Both the position numbers and the translations under genes were made by a program. A model generated the notes under the pieces. That model was not told where the DNA came from. It made no database searches and saw only the letters and a list, made by a program, of their open reading frames with translations. A DNA stretch of 64,000 nt from Gemmatimonadota bacterium (GTDB lineage: Bacteria; JBHIER01; G020348925). Positions 40,416-51,095 of the stretch are shown here, piece by piece. Each line of letters starts with the position of its first letter. Positions within the stretch are counted from its first letter, which is position 1. The stretch is taken from positions 2,495,688 through 2,559,687 of the forward strand of contig CP070758.1 of assembly GCA_020348925.1 (NCBI GenBank), given 5' to 3'.

Positions 40416-40787
40416 CTAAAGTGTACTCCGAATCACCTCTAACCGTGTTTTTGCGCTGGGATCTGTAACAAAGATCTCCCTGAGCTTATCGCATGCATAA
40501 GCATTGCAATACGCACAATTCTCAACTTCTTTCTGAATTGCACATATTCGTACCTCGCAATTCTTACAACCCGAGAAAAGTCTTCCCCCTTTTGTACGAC
40601 ACCCATCACAATCGGTGATATCCTCGGCTGTGTATTTCAATCCATAATTTAATCCATATCGCTCGCTACATAGCTGTGCCACTGCGGTCCTCATCTTTTC
40701 TTGTTTCAGAGAATCTTTCTCTCTCGTCGCCCAATAGATGGGACACCCATCGCACATCAATCCGCAATACGCAATCGTTTCGTTCAA
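40416..40787 (-). CDS. DUF3795-like cysteine-rich protein
   Basis: IAYCGLMCDGC...CDGC...C.VR.CA...ENCAYC..YAC. Confidence 0.8.
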   Translation of the reverse strand: MNETIAYCGLMCDGCPIYWATREKDSLKQEKMRTAVAQLCSERYGLNYGLKYTAEDITDCDGCRTKGGRLFSGCKNCEVRICAIQKEVENCAYCNAYACDKLREIFVTDPSAKTRLEVIRSTL

Positions 40788-40875
40788 GTTTCTTTTTTCT
40801 TTCTTTCGGGTTTAACATAATTTCTATCAACTTTCATTAAAGTTTTACTCAAACCTAAAAACAGTAAGAAAAGAC

Positions 40876-41280
40876 TTAAAGATTTGCAAGCCACGACATA
40901 GGTCTAGGGTCAAAGTCATCCAAATGTTGGGTCTGAGGGCTGTGGCTGCTGTCCTCAAGGAACTCCAGGGTAATAGTGTCGAGACCTGCGACCATGTCTT
41001 CGCAGATCATCCACGGAATCCCGTAATCATATGCGCCATGAACAACAAGTGTGGGCATTTCAAGTCTCCCAAGAGATCGTTTTACTTCAATTCGTCTGGG
41101 CAGTGAGGACCAGAGTCGATCAATTGCCTTATTTTTCTCCTCGCCTTCTCAAAGATGGGAGTGATCATACGCAGGGTTCCTCCAAAACTTCGGTCCATAT
41201 GCCTTGAATATCACAGCACATGATTGATTCTCCGGAGTCGAGAGTAAAGTCGAATCGAGCTGCTCAGGATAAAATTCATG
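40876..41280 (-). pseudogene. C-terminal remnant of an alpha/beta hydrolase with in-frame TGA at 41151-41149
   Basis: Frame reads AYGPKFWRNPAYDHSHL*EG...MPTLVVHGAYD...LEDSSHSPQ (acid and His motifs). No nucleophile region or good start upstream; 5' boundary approximate. Confidence 0.6.
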
Positions 41281-41501
41281 CAGCGGAACCAGAAAAAACA
41301 CCGTTCGCACCAACGATCACAGTAATTATAGATATCCGAAATGAAATCCGGATTCCGGGCAAGCTTCTTTATGTCCTCTTTATACTTAGAGTATGCACTT
41401 TAAGATTGTATGATGGGTTGAACATCTTCGCTCCAAAACTCCGTTTTACGTTCCTAAGCAAGATTCCGGGACGAGGAAATCAAGAGACATCTGCGGAAAA
41501 C

Positions 41502-42296
41502 TTACGAATCGGACGTTTTCATCTCGACGATTCCGAACACGGCGCTTTGGGGATCTTCAATGACGGCGAACCTGCCGACATCAGGGATGTGGGTAACCGG
41601 TACGATGATTTCTCCTTTTAGCGACCTGACTTTTTCAACGCTGGCAGCGCAATCCTCAACGGCGAAGTACACCATCCAGTTCGGAGGAACTTCGCCCCAT
41701 TCCTCCTGTATCTTCATCATCCCGCCGACCTGGGTTTCGTCCAGGCTGAACATGGTGTACAGGCCGCCTTCGCCCATCTTTTGAGCCTGAGCGGTCCAGC
41801 CGAAAAGTTTTCCGTAAAATTCACCTGCCCTGTGCTCATCGCGGGTCATCAGCTCGTTCCAACAGATCGTCCACGGCTCATTCTTCAGCAGAGCACCCTT
41901 ATGCTCCTTCGCTTGCCAGACCGCAAGGACAGCACCTGTCGGATCCTGAATCAAGGCCATACGCCCCGCCTCAAAGACATCAGCAGGTTCCATGGCCACC
42001 CTTCCCCCGAGAGATTTCGCTTTTTCCACAGTCCCGTCAACATCGATCACAGCAATATATGACATCCAATGCGGTGGAAGACCCTGAGATCGCTGCTCCG
42101 GCCCCATTGCGTACAGTCCCCCGACCGCTTTCCCGCGAAGTTGCAGCATGGTGTAGACCATATCCGGACCAGCCGGTGTGTCCACAGTGTCCCAACTCAT
42201 AAGTTCTGAGTAGAACTTCTTTGAGGCGCCGGCGTCTTTCGTGACCAGATCGACCCAGCAAAAAGTTCCTGGAGCATGTTCTTTGAATTCTGCCAT
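41502..42296 (-). CDS. Two-domain VOC (glyoxalase/bleomycin resistance) family protein
   Basis: PGTFCWVDL..D...FY; WMSYIAV.DVD; GRMALIQDPTGA; the motifs repeat in the C-terminal half; GGAGG RBS. Confidence 0.92.
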   Translation of the reverse strand: MAEFKEHAPGTFCWVDLVTKDAGASKKFYSELMSWDTVDTPAGPDMVYTMLQLRGKAVGGLYAMGPEQRSQGLPPHWMSYIAVIDVDGTVEKAKSLGGRVAMEPADVFEAGRMALIQDPTGAVLAVWQAKEHKGALLKNEPWTICWNELMTRDEHRAGEFYGKLFGWTAQAQKMGEGGLYTMFSLDETQVGGMMKIQEEWGEVPPNWMVYFAVEDCAASVEKVRSLKGEIIVPVTHIPDVGRFAVIEDPQSAVFGIVEMKTSDS

Positions 42297-42634
42297 GGTC
42301 TTACCTCCCTCTGTTTGATATTTGAAGCTCACACTGAGGTACTTTTTTCTTCAATGCTGGAAAAGGCACAAAGCCGTGCTGGGTAAGGCAAACAGAATAT
42401 AAAAATAAAGTGTAATCTTTCCTCCTGCAAGCAATAGAACATCATGTGCTCAACGAGATCCTAAATTGAATGATCCGTGGCATACGGTACGCCTCAAATA
42501 TTACTATGAATCCAATGTTTCGAGCGAGGCATCTTATCGCAAATAGATATGATCTTCGCCCCGGGTGGCCTGCCCTGAGCGAATACATTATACATTTTTG
42601 ATGGCACGGTTGGCAGCATCCTCAGACTTTCAGC

Positions 42635-42663
42635 TTGACAAATATTCCTCCTGCCGCTATTTT
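42635..42663 (+). promoter_or_regulatory. Sigma70 promoter candidate for lhr
   Basis: TTGACA, 17 nt, TATTTT. Confidence 0.5.
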
Positions 42664-42726
42664 GATTTCGTACTGGAACAGCTAAAAATGAATTCTTTTT
42701 TCTTAAGACACTGTAGTTAAAAGATT

Positions 42727-45700
42727 ATGGAACAGATGTCCGAATCGGGTCTTTCACCATTTCATCCTCTCATCCAGCGCTGGTTTCGAGAGCGTGTCGG
42801 CCAGCCAACCCAGATCCAGGAACAGGCTTGGCCGAAGATCGCCGCCGGAGATCACGTCCTCGTGACAGCACCCACCGGGTGCGGCAAGACACTCACCGCC
42901 TTCCTGTGGGCCATCCATCAGCTCGTCAGTGGCCGTTGGCCCACGGGATACACGAGTGTCCTTTACGTCTCTCCACTCAAGGCTTTGAATAACGACATTT
43001 ATCGAAACTTGCTCACACCTCTTGATGAGCTGAAACACTTCTTCGAGAAATCGAATAAACCCTTTCCTCATATCCGCGTCCAAACCCGCAGCGGCGACAC
43101 GCCCCAGGCCGACCGTCGGCGTATGATCCGTTATCCTCCCGAAATCCTCATAACGACGCCCGAGAGCCTGAATCTGATGCTCAGTTCTTCTTCCGGAAAA
43201 ACTATTCTGACCAATCTCTCCACCGTCATCCTCGATGAGATCCATGCCGTCATCAATAACAAACGAGGGACTCATCTCATCACGGCCGTAGACCGGCTCG
43301 TACACCTCTCCGGCGAGTTTCAGCGTATCGCCCTCTCAGCCACCCTCAAGCCCCTCGAGACCGTGGCCCGATTCGTCGGCGGATTTCGAATAGAAGGAGA
43401 TCCTGCGAACCCCAAGTACACGCCGCGGGACGTCTCAATCGTCGGTTCAACCCAGAGCAAGGCGTACGATATTTGTGTCCGGTTCCCCGAAACCGCCGAT
43501 GACCTCGAATTCGGAGAATCCAGGTGGGAACCTCTCGTTGAAGAGTTCAAGAGGATCATCGCCAAGAATCGCTCCACCTTGTTTTTCGTCAATAACAGAC
43601 GACTCAGTGAAAAGCTTACACTGAAAATCAATTATGATGAGGACCACCCCGTGGCCTTCGCCCACCACGGCTCGCTCTCGCGCGAAATCAGAACAGAGGT
43701 CGAGGGGAAGCTCAAAGCCGGTGAGCTCAAGGCCATCGTCGCTACCAACTCCCTGGAGCTGGGCATCGATATCGGTGCTCTCGACGAGGTCTCACTTGTC
43801 CAATCCCCTCCCTCCATCTCATCAGCCATCCAGAGAATCGGACGCGCCGGCCATGGGGTGGGAGAGACCAGCCGGGGCACGCTCTTTCCCACCTTTGACC
43901 AGGACTTCCTCGAATCGGCTGTGCTGGCCTTGACCATTCCCTCCCAGGATATCGAGGAGATTAGACCTGTTATGTGTCCCCTGGATGTCTTGGCCCAGAT
44001 CATCGTCTCCATGGTCGGCACCGAAACCTGGGATATCGAGGCCCTCTTCAACCGCATCCGGACCTGTTACCCGTATCGCCACCTGGACCGTCAGCAGTTT
44101 GACCTCGTCCTCAATATGCTGGCCGGCCGCTACGCGGACACACGCATTCGAGAGCTCAAGCCCCGCATCTCCATCGACCGTCTGGACAACACCGTTGCTG
44201 CCCGAAAGGGTGCTCTTCTGGCCCTCTACATGTCAGGCGGCGTTATCCCTGACCGGGGTTACTATCGGCTTCGACTCCACGGGTCCGGCGCTCCCATTGG
44301 CGACCTGGACGAGGAGTTCGTCTGGGAGGCCAAAATCGGTCAAGTCTTCACCCTGGGAACACAAAACTGGAAGATCGAACGCATCACCCACAACGACGTC
44401 TTCGTTTTGCCGGGAAGTCCCAAAATTTTGGCCTCGCCCTTCTGGAAAGGTGAAGGGAGGAACAGGGATTTTCATTTCTCGTCCTTCATCGCCGATTTTA
44501 TGGAGGACGCCAATGCCCGTCTGGACGACCCGGCTTTTGCCCAATCACTCAAAGAGACGCATCGTATGGACGGCCCTGCGGCCAGGCATCTCATCATGTA
44601 CCTTAAAAAGCAGAGGGAAGAGACCGGAATCGACCTTCCTCATCGGCACCACATCGTCGTCGAACACGTCAGCAGCGGACCCGGGGGTCTGCCCGGCAAT
44701 CAGGTGATTCTTCATACCTTGTGGGGAGGACGCCTCAACCGACCTTACGCTATGGCCCTCGAGGCTGCCTGGGAGGAGCGTTTCGGTCAGAGCATCGAGG
44801 TCTATGCGGGAAACGATTCCATTGTGCTCCAGCTGCCCCATGATATCTCAGCGGAAGAGCTGTTGTCCATGGTCACCAGCGGTACTATCGAATCCCTCCT
44901 CAGGCGACGTTTGGAAGGATCGGGATTTTTCGGCGCTCGATTCAGGGAGTGTGCGGGTCGAGCCCTCCTTCTGACGCGAAAAAAAATAAACGAGCGCATG
45001 CCCCTCTGGATGAACCGGCTGCGCTCACAGAAATTAATGAACGCGGTCATGAAGTACGAGGACTTTCCCATTCTCCTGGAGACCTGGCGCACCTGTCTCC
45101 AGGATGAATTCGACCTGGAAGCCCTCAGGACAGTGCTCTCCGAGATCGAATCCGCTGAAATTGGCATATCGCACTGCCGCACTGCGATCCCCAGTCCCAT
45201 CGCCCGAAACATCTCCTGGAAACAGATCAATGAATACATGTATCGGGGCGATGAACCCACCCATGGGAAAAGGTCGAGGCTGCGCAGCGACCTTTTTCGG
45301 GATATTATCTCCACTCCGGGTTTGCGACCGACAGTCTCCAGGGAAATCGTGAATCAATTTACACACAAGCGGCAGCGGCTCAGCCCCGGATACTCACCCT
45401 CAACACCGCGCGACCTCATCGACTGGGTGAAAGAGCGGCATCTCATTCCGGAATCGGAGTGGCAGGAACTTCTCCTGGCCATGAGGCAGGATCATGGATT
45501 CGAGGCTGAAGATATGCTAAAATCCTCTTCGGAGAAACTCACCCGGATCTTCCCACCTGACGCTGCTCAGCCCTTGATCGCAGCACTCGAAACTACGCCC
45601 AGAATCGTATCGGCACTCTACGCTCAAACCGGCGACCTTCAACTCGAATCTGTCTTTGATAACAAAGCCATTCCGAGATCGGGCGAGTTCAATCAAACCT

Positions 45701-47220
45701 TGTCTGAAACTGACAGGGAGGAGGTGTGTTCAGCTCTTGTCGAAGAATGGCTCCAGTTCTACGGTCCGGTGTCCCCAGATTTCGTAGTGAAAACCCTCGG
45801 GCTTGAAAGCGACCGAGTTCTCTCCGCTTTGGACGATCTCATCGAATCGGGAGACGTCATCTCCGGAGCCCTTGTCACCGATGGTCCGGAAAGCGACCTG
45901 TGCGACGCTCAGAATTTTGAGACGCTTTTGCGACTGGCCCGCAAAGAGGCCGTTCCCGTCATTGAACCTCTGCATCTCGAGCTTCTTCCCCTTTTCCTGG
46001 CGACTTACCACGGTCTCGTCAATCCGTCACCAACCATTGAAGGGCTGTACCGCTCCATCGAACAGCTCCTGTGCTACTCCGCACCCGCAGGGTCGTGGGA
46101 GTCCGACATCCTGCCCTCACGCCTCCAGCCTTACAACCAGGCCTGGCTGGACACGGTGCTCCAGGAGAGCGATCTCCGCTGGGTAGGTCAGGCAGACCAG
46201 AAGATCGCCTTCTGTTTTCAATCAGATTTGGATCTTCTTGATATCCCTGAAGATAGGCACCAGAAGAAAAATACATTTAGATCGCATTTCAGAGACCTCT
46301 TTCCTGACCCGACGGGTAAATACGACTTTGCAACGCTGATAAAAAACGCACACCATAGACCTTCAGAATTATCTGACACTTTATGGAAAGGCGTTTGGCG
46401 GGGAAAAATTACGAACGATTCGTTTCACACCTTGCGCAAAGGTGTTATGAACCAGTTCAAACTTCCGGATGTTGTTCCAGCCGACAGTGCCACGCGAAGG
46501 CGGCGCTCGGGATTGAGAACCCGATTCTCAAGATGGAAGGGATCGCTCCCCTATGCCGGGAACTGGTCTCTCCTCCCTCAAAGGGAACCGGTCGAGGATC
46601 TGTTGGAAAAAGAGGAGCTCAAGAAGGACCGGGTCCGTCTCCTTATCGATCGCTACGGTGTTCTCTTCAGGGAGTTGCTGACAAAGGAATCGACTCCCTT
46701 TCGCTGGGCCAACGTCTTCCGTTCCTTGCGCTTGATGGAGCTTTCGGGTGAAGTTCTCTCCGGTTATTTCTTCGAAGGGATATCTGGCCCTCAGTTTATC
46801 TCGCACCGCGCCCTGCACATTCTCCGCCGAAATCTTCCGAAAGAGGCCATCTATTGGATGAACGCCACAGATCCTGCCTCCTGCTGTGGCCTCCGGCTTG
46901 AGGGGTTGAAACGATCGCTCCCGAGGCGGATCGACACGACCCACCTCGTCTTTCACGGGACCAGACTCGTATTCGTCTCGAAGAGAAATGGGAAGAATCT
47001 AACCTTTCACATCCCCCCCGAAGATCCCCAACTGCAGGAGTACCTCTGCCCGCTCCACCACCTTCTGACGAGAAGGTTCCAACCCTTGCGCCGCATCACC
47101 ATTGAAACCATCAACGATGAGGCCGCACCGCGAAGCCCTTATCTCGATGCCATTCGCACGGCTTTTGATACGATGGTCGACTTCAAGAGTGTTACGTTGT
47201 ATCGGCGTCAGGTAAGGTGA
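42727..47220 (+). CDS. lhr: Lhr family ATP-dependent DEAH helicase (long form)
   Basis: APTGCGKT, YVSPLKALNND, ITTPESL, DEIH, LSAT, HHGSLS, ATNSLELGIDIG, QRIGRAGH, GGVIPDRG; C-terminal LIDRYGV...MELSGEV..GYF. Confidence 0.93.
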   Translation: MEQMSESGLSPFHPLIQRWFRERVGQPTQIQEQAWPKIAAGDHVLVTAPTGCGKTLTAFLWAIHQLVSGRWPTGYTSVLYVSPLKALNNDIYRNLLTPLDELKHFFEKSNKPFPHIRVQTRSGDTPQADRRRMIRYPPEILITTPESLNLMLSSSSGKTILTNLSTVILDEIHAVINNKRGTHLITAVDRLVHLSGEFQRIALSATLKPLETVARFVGGFRIEGDPANPKYTPRDVSIVGSTQSKAYDICVRFPETADDLEFGESRWEPLVEEFKRIIAKNRSTLFFVNNRRLSEKLTLKINYDEDHPVAFAHHGSLSREIRTEVEGKLKAGELKAIVATNSLELGIDIGALDEVSLVQSPPSISSAIQRIGRAGHGVGETSRGTLFPTFDQDFLESAVLALTIPSQDIEEIRPVMCPLDVLAQIIVSMVGTETWDIEALFNRIRTCYPYRHLDRQQFDLVLNMLAGRYADTRIRELKPRISIDRLDNTVAARKGALLALYMSGGVIPDRGYYRLRLHGSGAPIGDLDEEFVWEAKIGQVFTLGTQNWKIERITHNDVFVLPGSPKILASPFWKGEGRNRDFHFSSFIADFMEDANARLDDPAFAQSLKETHRMDGPAARHLIMYLKKQREETGIDLPHRHHIVVEHVSSGPGGLPGNQVILHTLWGGRLNRPYAMALEAAWEERFGQSIEVYAGNDSIVLQLPHDISAEELLSMVTSGTIESLLRRRLEGSGFFGARFRECAGRALLLTRKKINERMPLWMNRLRSQKLMNAVMKYEDFPILLETWRTCLQDEFDLEALRTVLSEIESAEIGISHCRTAIPSPIARNISWKQINEYMYRGDEPTHGKRSRLRSDLFRDIISTPGLRPTVSREIVNQFTHKRQRLSPGYSPSTPRDLIDWVKERHLIPESEWQELLLAMRQDHGFEAEDMLKSSSEKLTRIFPPDAAQPLIAALETTPRIVSALYAQTGDLQLESVFDNKAIPRSGEFNQTLSETDREEVCSALVEEWLQFYGPVSPDFVVKTLGLESDRVLSALDDLIESGDVISGALVTDGPESDLCDAQNFETLLRLARKEAVPVIEPLHLELLPLFLATYHGLVNPSPTIEGLYRSIEQLLCYSAPAGSWESDILPSRLQPYNQAWLDTVLQESDLRWVGQADQKIAFCFQSDLDLLDIPEDRHQKKNTFRSHFRDLFPDPTGKYDFATLIKNAHHRPSELSDTLWKGVWRGKITNDSFHTLRKGVMNQFKLPDVVPADSATRRRRSGLRTRFSRWKGSLPYAGNWSLLPQREPVEDLLEKEELKKDRVRLLIDRYGVLFRELLTKESTPFRWANVFRSLRLMELSGEVLSGYFFEGISGPQFISHRALHILRRNLPKEAIYWMNATDPASCCGLRLEGLKRSLPRRIDTTHLVFHGTRLVFVSKRNGKNLTFHIPPEDPQLQEYLCPLHHLLTRRFQPLRRITIETINDEAAPRSPYLDAIRTAFDTMVDFKSVTLYRRQVR

Positions 47221-47253
47221 TGAATCTATCCGTTCATCGACAATTCGCATGAT

Positions 47254-47278
47254 CGCCTCGGGTATCGTACCCGAGGCG
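47254..47278. terminator. Perfect 11-bp GC-rich hairpin between convergent genes (terminator-like or REP-like)
   Basis: cgcctcgggta-tcg-tacccgaggcg; no U-tract on either strand. Confidence 0.35.
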
Positions 47279-47773
47279 CGCAGCCCGCGGGCTTCATATC
47301 CCATAATTCATAAGGGCCAGAGTCCCGAAAGAATTGCGCCCTACGAAGGGAATCCCAGGGCGATCTCAGACGGGCGACAGAATTTCCGTGTGAGCCCCGA
47401 ACTTTTTGAGTGAGGGGAGCGAATCCATCGACTGAACGTTATGAGAAAGCCTATGCGTCGCGAGAGATTCCATCAAGAAACATTGAGAAGATGGGTTGAG
47501 CCCTAAGTGGCGACTATCAAAGAAAAACAAGAGTGCTGGATTTTGAACATTCGTATCAGTTTTTTCCGAGATTCACAATAATCTACAGCACCTCTATCGT
47601 TGGATAAAAGCACCGCAGGGCGGTTTGATAAGGTACTCCTGATAGCCCCTATCGGTGGGCCAAATCTGTAAACATAAAAAAGTACGCTTACAGTCCACCA
47701 TCTCCATTATAGTTGATACATTGGCCGCATCGAGCAGTGCGCCTCCGCTCACCAATGTATGCTCTGGGCGCAA

Positions 47774-48700
47774 CTAATCTTTTACACATCGGATTGAAAA
47801 CCCGTTCTGCATATAGCTGGTCCTACGGTAGACTTTTGAATCGATGGAATTCAAGCCCCGGCGAAATGCATAACCACTACTGTACTCCGTAGAAGACCAA
47901 AAACCGGCTTCACCACCCATAGCGCCGAAGACCTCAATGGTGTAGTAGCGGAATCCAGCTGGCAACGCGGTAAAACCACTTTCGTTTGTGGCACCAGTGT
48001 TTGGGCTGCTCCAGTGTGAGGTACCACTCTCTTTCATTTTACCACCTTCATCTGTTCCACGCAATCCTATTGAATCAGCTTGCGATTGGCTCATACCCAA
48101 GTACATTTCAAGTTGTTTCCAATCTTCATCTGTTGGAACATGCCAATCCTCAGGCGCAATATGGCGACTATTATCCACCGCATACCAGTTGTAAAGCCGC
48201 CCGTAGGTTGGCACATTATTGGCGTCATTGTTGTAATTACAAAAGGCCCCTGTTGACAGATCGGACCATTCTGAACCCTTTGTCACGTTAGGTATGGCAT
48301 CACCATTGCGATAGTGGGTAACTTTTAGATTTTCTGCCATCCATACCTGGTCACCGATTATTACTGTTTGGTATACGTTTCCATCAATATCAGTTACAGT
48401 CGTGCTTGGACAGGCATCAACTTCCAGAATTATATTTACTATTTTAAGTATGTCAAGTAAGTCAACATTTCCATCACCGCTGCAACTACCTAAGAAGCCG
48501 TTACAATCGGCTCTCCAAAGCACATCATTACCAGGAGTTTCAAGGCCTAAACCGATATTGACAGCTTCAATAACATCTATAAGATCCACTATTCCGTCAT
48601 TGTTCACATCACCTTTTTCACCTTCATACGGTTGAACCAATAGACTGATGGGAAGGCAAAAAACAAATACAAGCACCAAGACTATTATTTTATTTTCCAT
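47774..48700 (-). CDS. Secreted protein: dockerin-like domain plus Fibrobacter succinogenes major paralogous (FISUMP) domain
   Basis: Signal peptide; GDVNNDGIVDLID...ADCNG...DGNVDLLD; VTDIDGNVY...QVWMAENL...YGRLYNWYA...WHVPT...SGFTALPAG...GFSIRCVKD. Confidence 0.9.
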   Translation of the reverse strand: MENKIIVLVLVFVFCLPISLLVQPYEGEKGDVNNDGIVDLIDVIEAVNIGLGLETPGNDVLWRADCNGFLGSCSGDGNVDLLDILKIVNIILEVDACPSTTVTDIDGNVYQTVIIGDQVWMAENLKVTHYRNGDAIPNVTKGSEWSDLSTGAFCNYNNDANNVPTYGRLYNWYAVDNSRHIAPEDWHVPTDEDWKQLEMYLGMSQSQADSIGLRGTDEGGKMKESGTSHWSSPNTGATNESGFTALPAGFRYYTIEVFGAMGGEAGFWSSTEYSSGYAFRRGLNSIDSKVYRRTSYMQNGFSIRCVKD

Positions 48701-48938
48701 ATACACATTTCCTTATTAAGGTGTCTCACAATAAAGGTGATAACAATTGTTATATTTCACCCGAAATATTCATTGCTTTAAGATAGTGAAAAGTATTTTT
48801 TTCTTACACCAGTCTCGCATATGTTGTCATAAAAAAGAGTGAGTGTTTCTCCGTATAACCTTCTCATTTTCGCTCCCAAGCAAATAAAAAAATGAGAGCA
48901 ATTTGGACAAGAAATGACCGTGACACTATACAAGATTA

Positions 48939-50339
48939 TCAGCCCACACCATCCCAGCAGTAGGTACAGACCTTCTCCTTCGGTAGACCAATGGCGCCAA
49001 GCATGTCCGATATATTTTGATATTTCAACGTCGTGAGGTTCAAGCGGGTTCTGACTTGATCGACCATGGCTTGGTACAATGCCGAGTTCGAATCGGCATA
49101 CTCCGCGGCAGGTTCTCCGTCATGATCCTCAAGTTCGCGAATGGCCCGGCGTCCGGCAAGGTCCAATTCGGACCGTGAGCGGGAGAAGTTCAAAAACTTA
49201 CAGGAGTAAATGAGAGGCGGGCATGCCGGACGCATATGCACTTCTCTCGCACCGTTATCGTACAACAACTGGATCGTCTCTTTCAACTGCGTGCCGCGTA
49301 CAATCGAGTCCTCACAAAAAAGGAGCCGTTTGCCCTCAATGAGCTCTCGGATGGGGATGAGCTTCATCCGCGCCACCAGATCACGAACAGCCTGGTCCTG
49401 GGGCATGAAGCTTCGTGGCCATGTCGGAGTATATTTGACGAAGGGACGGCAATAGGGAATTTTAGCTTCGTTGGCATAGCCGATGGCATGGGCGGTGCCG
49501 GAATCCGGAACCCCGGCAATCATGTCGACCTCGACGTTATCGTTTCTGGCAAGGGCCTGCCCGCTTCGATACCGCATCACCTCGACGTTCATGCCCTCGT
49601 AACGCGAGGCCGGATAGCCATAGTAGACCCACAGGAATCCACAGATACGGAGCGTCTCGCCCGGCGGAGCTTTTTGTTCAATCCCGTCCGGCGTGAGCAG
49701 CACAACTTCCCCCGGCCCGAGTTCGTGCTTGAACCGATATCCCAAATTCGGGAACGTACACGACTCCAATGAGACACAGTGAGTACCATTTTTTTCACCA
49801 ATGACCAGCGGTATCCGGCCGAAACGATCTCGGGCAGCATACACTCCCTCCTTCGTCAGAAGAAGCAATGAACATGACCCGTCAATGGCCTCTTGAGCCT
49901 TGCGAATCCCCTCTTCGAAGGACGCACTCCGATTAATGAGCGTGGCAGTCAACTCGGTCGGGTTGATCTCCCCATCGCTCATCTCGGAAAAATGCGCTTC
50001 GTGTTTGCCGAACGCCTCGTTTACCAACTCTGTAATGTTATTGATACGTCCGACCGTGACGATGGCGAAGGTTCCCTGCTTGGAGCCAATAATAAGCGGT
50101 TGATCCTCGGTATCGCTGATGCACCCGATCCCCATATTACCAGTCAGCTTCGGGATGTCGTCCTCAAACTTGGACCGAAACTGTGCATTCTCAATATTGT
50201 GGATGAACCGCGTAAAACCGGTGCCACCTAAAACGGCGAGGCCGCCGCGTCTGGTTCCCAGATGCGAGTGATAATCCGTCCCGTAAAAGAGATCCTCAAC
50301 ACAGTCTTTCTTCGAAACGACGCCGTAAATGCCACCCAT
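48939..50339 (-). CDS. purF: Amidophosphoribosyltransferase homolog lacking the N-terminal catalytic Cys
   Basis: ARDRFGRIPL, GVPDSG, PRPP loop EDSIVRGT, Fe-S Cys contexts ICGF, PACPP, CTYCWDG; N-terminus is MGGIYG. Confidence 0.88.
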   Translation of the reverse strand: MGGIYGVVSKKDCVEDLFYGTDYHSHLGTRRGGLAVLGGTGFTRFIHNIENAQFRSKFEDDIPKLTGNMGIGCISDTEDQPLIIGSKQGTFAIVTVGRINNITELVNEAFGKHEAHFSEMSDGEINPTELTATLINRSASFEEGIRKAQEAIDGSCSLLLLTKEGVYAARDRFGRIPLVIGEKNGTHCVSLESCTFPNLGYRFKHELGPGEVVLLTPDGIEQKAPPGETLRICGFLWVYYGYPASRYEGMNVEVMRYRSGQALARNDNVEVDMIAGVPDSGTAHAIGYANEAKIPYCRPFVKYTPTWPRSFMPQDQAVRDLVARMKLIPIRELIEGKRLLFCEDSIVRGTQLKETIQLLYDNGAREVHMRPACPPLIYSCKFLNFSRSRSELDLAGRRAIRELEDHDGEPAAEYADSNSALYQAMVDQVRTRLNLTTLKYQNISDMLGAIGLPKEKVCTYCWDGVG

Positions 50340-50411
50340 GGAAGAGTTGCTCTCCTTTCCTCAATTCTATCAAATGTATGGGAATTGCTCCATTCTATTT
50401 TCTATGAACAC

Positions 50412-51095
50412 CTATCGCTTCCTGCCTTTCTTTCTCTTTTTTACCTTTTTAATATAGGACACTGCATCTGGAGTTTTGCAGGATGTCACCCCATGATCGA
50501 CATCAATTTTCCCGATGTCAGCAGCGACTGCCAAGGCCCTCTTCTCCAGTGTACTATTTCTCATGCCAATAGCAATGAGTGCATTGTTCATGGCATCCTT
50601 TGTTCGATTCCTGCTGCCGTGAATACTTTTTCGAATTGTTTTCAGATATTCCTCAAAGTAGATATCCGGAAGTTCGTTCTTCTTCATCGCAAGTTGAGCC
50701 AATAGTTGCCAGCCTGCCCGACCAACCCACTCGTCCTTTGACTTCGTCCATTTCTCCATCCTTGATTGTGCGTGCGGGCTTTTACTGACTAAATGTGCCA
50801 CAAAGACGTCAATAAGCATGTAGTAGTGAATATCTTTCAGCCATTTGTCCAACTCAGATTTGTTCATTTTTTCAGGATTCGCAATCATGGTCGCAAGGGT
50901 TTGTGCGTCAGTATTGCCGGATGCCCATAGCTCGGAGGCAAGATCATGGTCTGTATTGATCTGCTTTTTCAGCGTACTCAGATTCGCAAAACTCACACCG
51001 AAGGTCTTATCACCCGCTCCATGGCGCTGGTATATCTTTCTGTTCTGCTCAGTGCCGAGTGTCTTTAACCGCTTCATCACCTCGGAGTAATTCAT
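50412..51095 (-). CDS. DNA alkylation repair (AlkD-like HEAT) family protein
   Basis: FGVSFANL...DHDLASELWASGNTDAQTLA...EWVGRAGW...VDHGVTSCKTPDA. Confidence 0.85.
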   Translation of the reverse strand: MNYSEVMKRLKTLGTEQNRKIYQRHGAGDKTFGVSFANLSTLKKQINTDHDLASELWASGNTDAQTLATMIANPEKMNKSELDKWLKDIHYYMLIDVFVAHLVSKSPHAQSRMEKWTKSKDEWVGRAGWQLLAQLAMKKNELPDIYFEEYLKTIRKSIHGSRNRTKDAMNNALIAIGMRNSTLEKRALAVAADIGKIDVDHGVTSCKTPDAVSYIKKVKKRKKGRKR

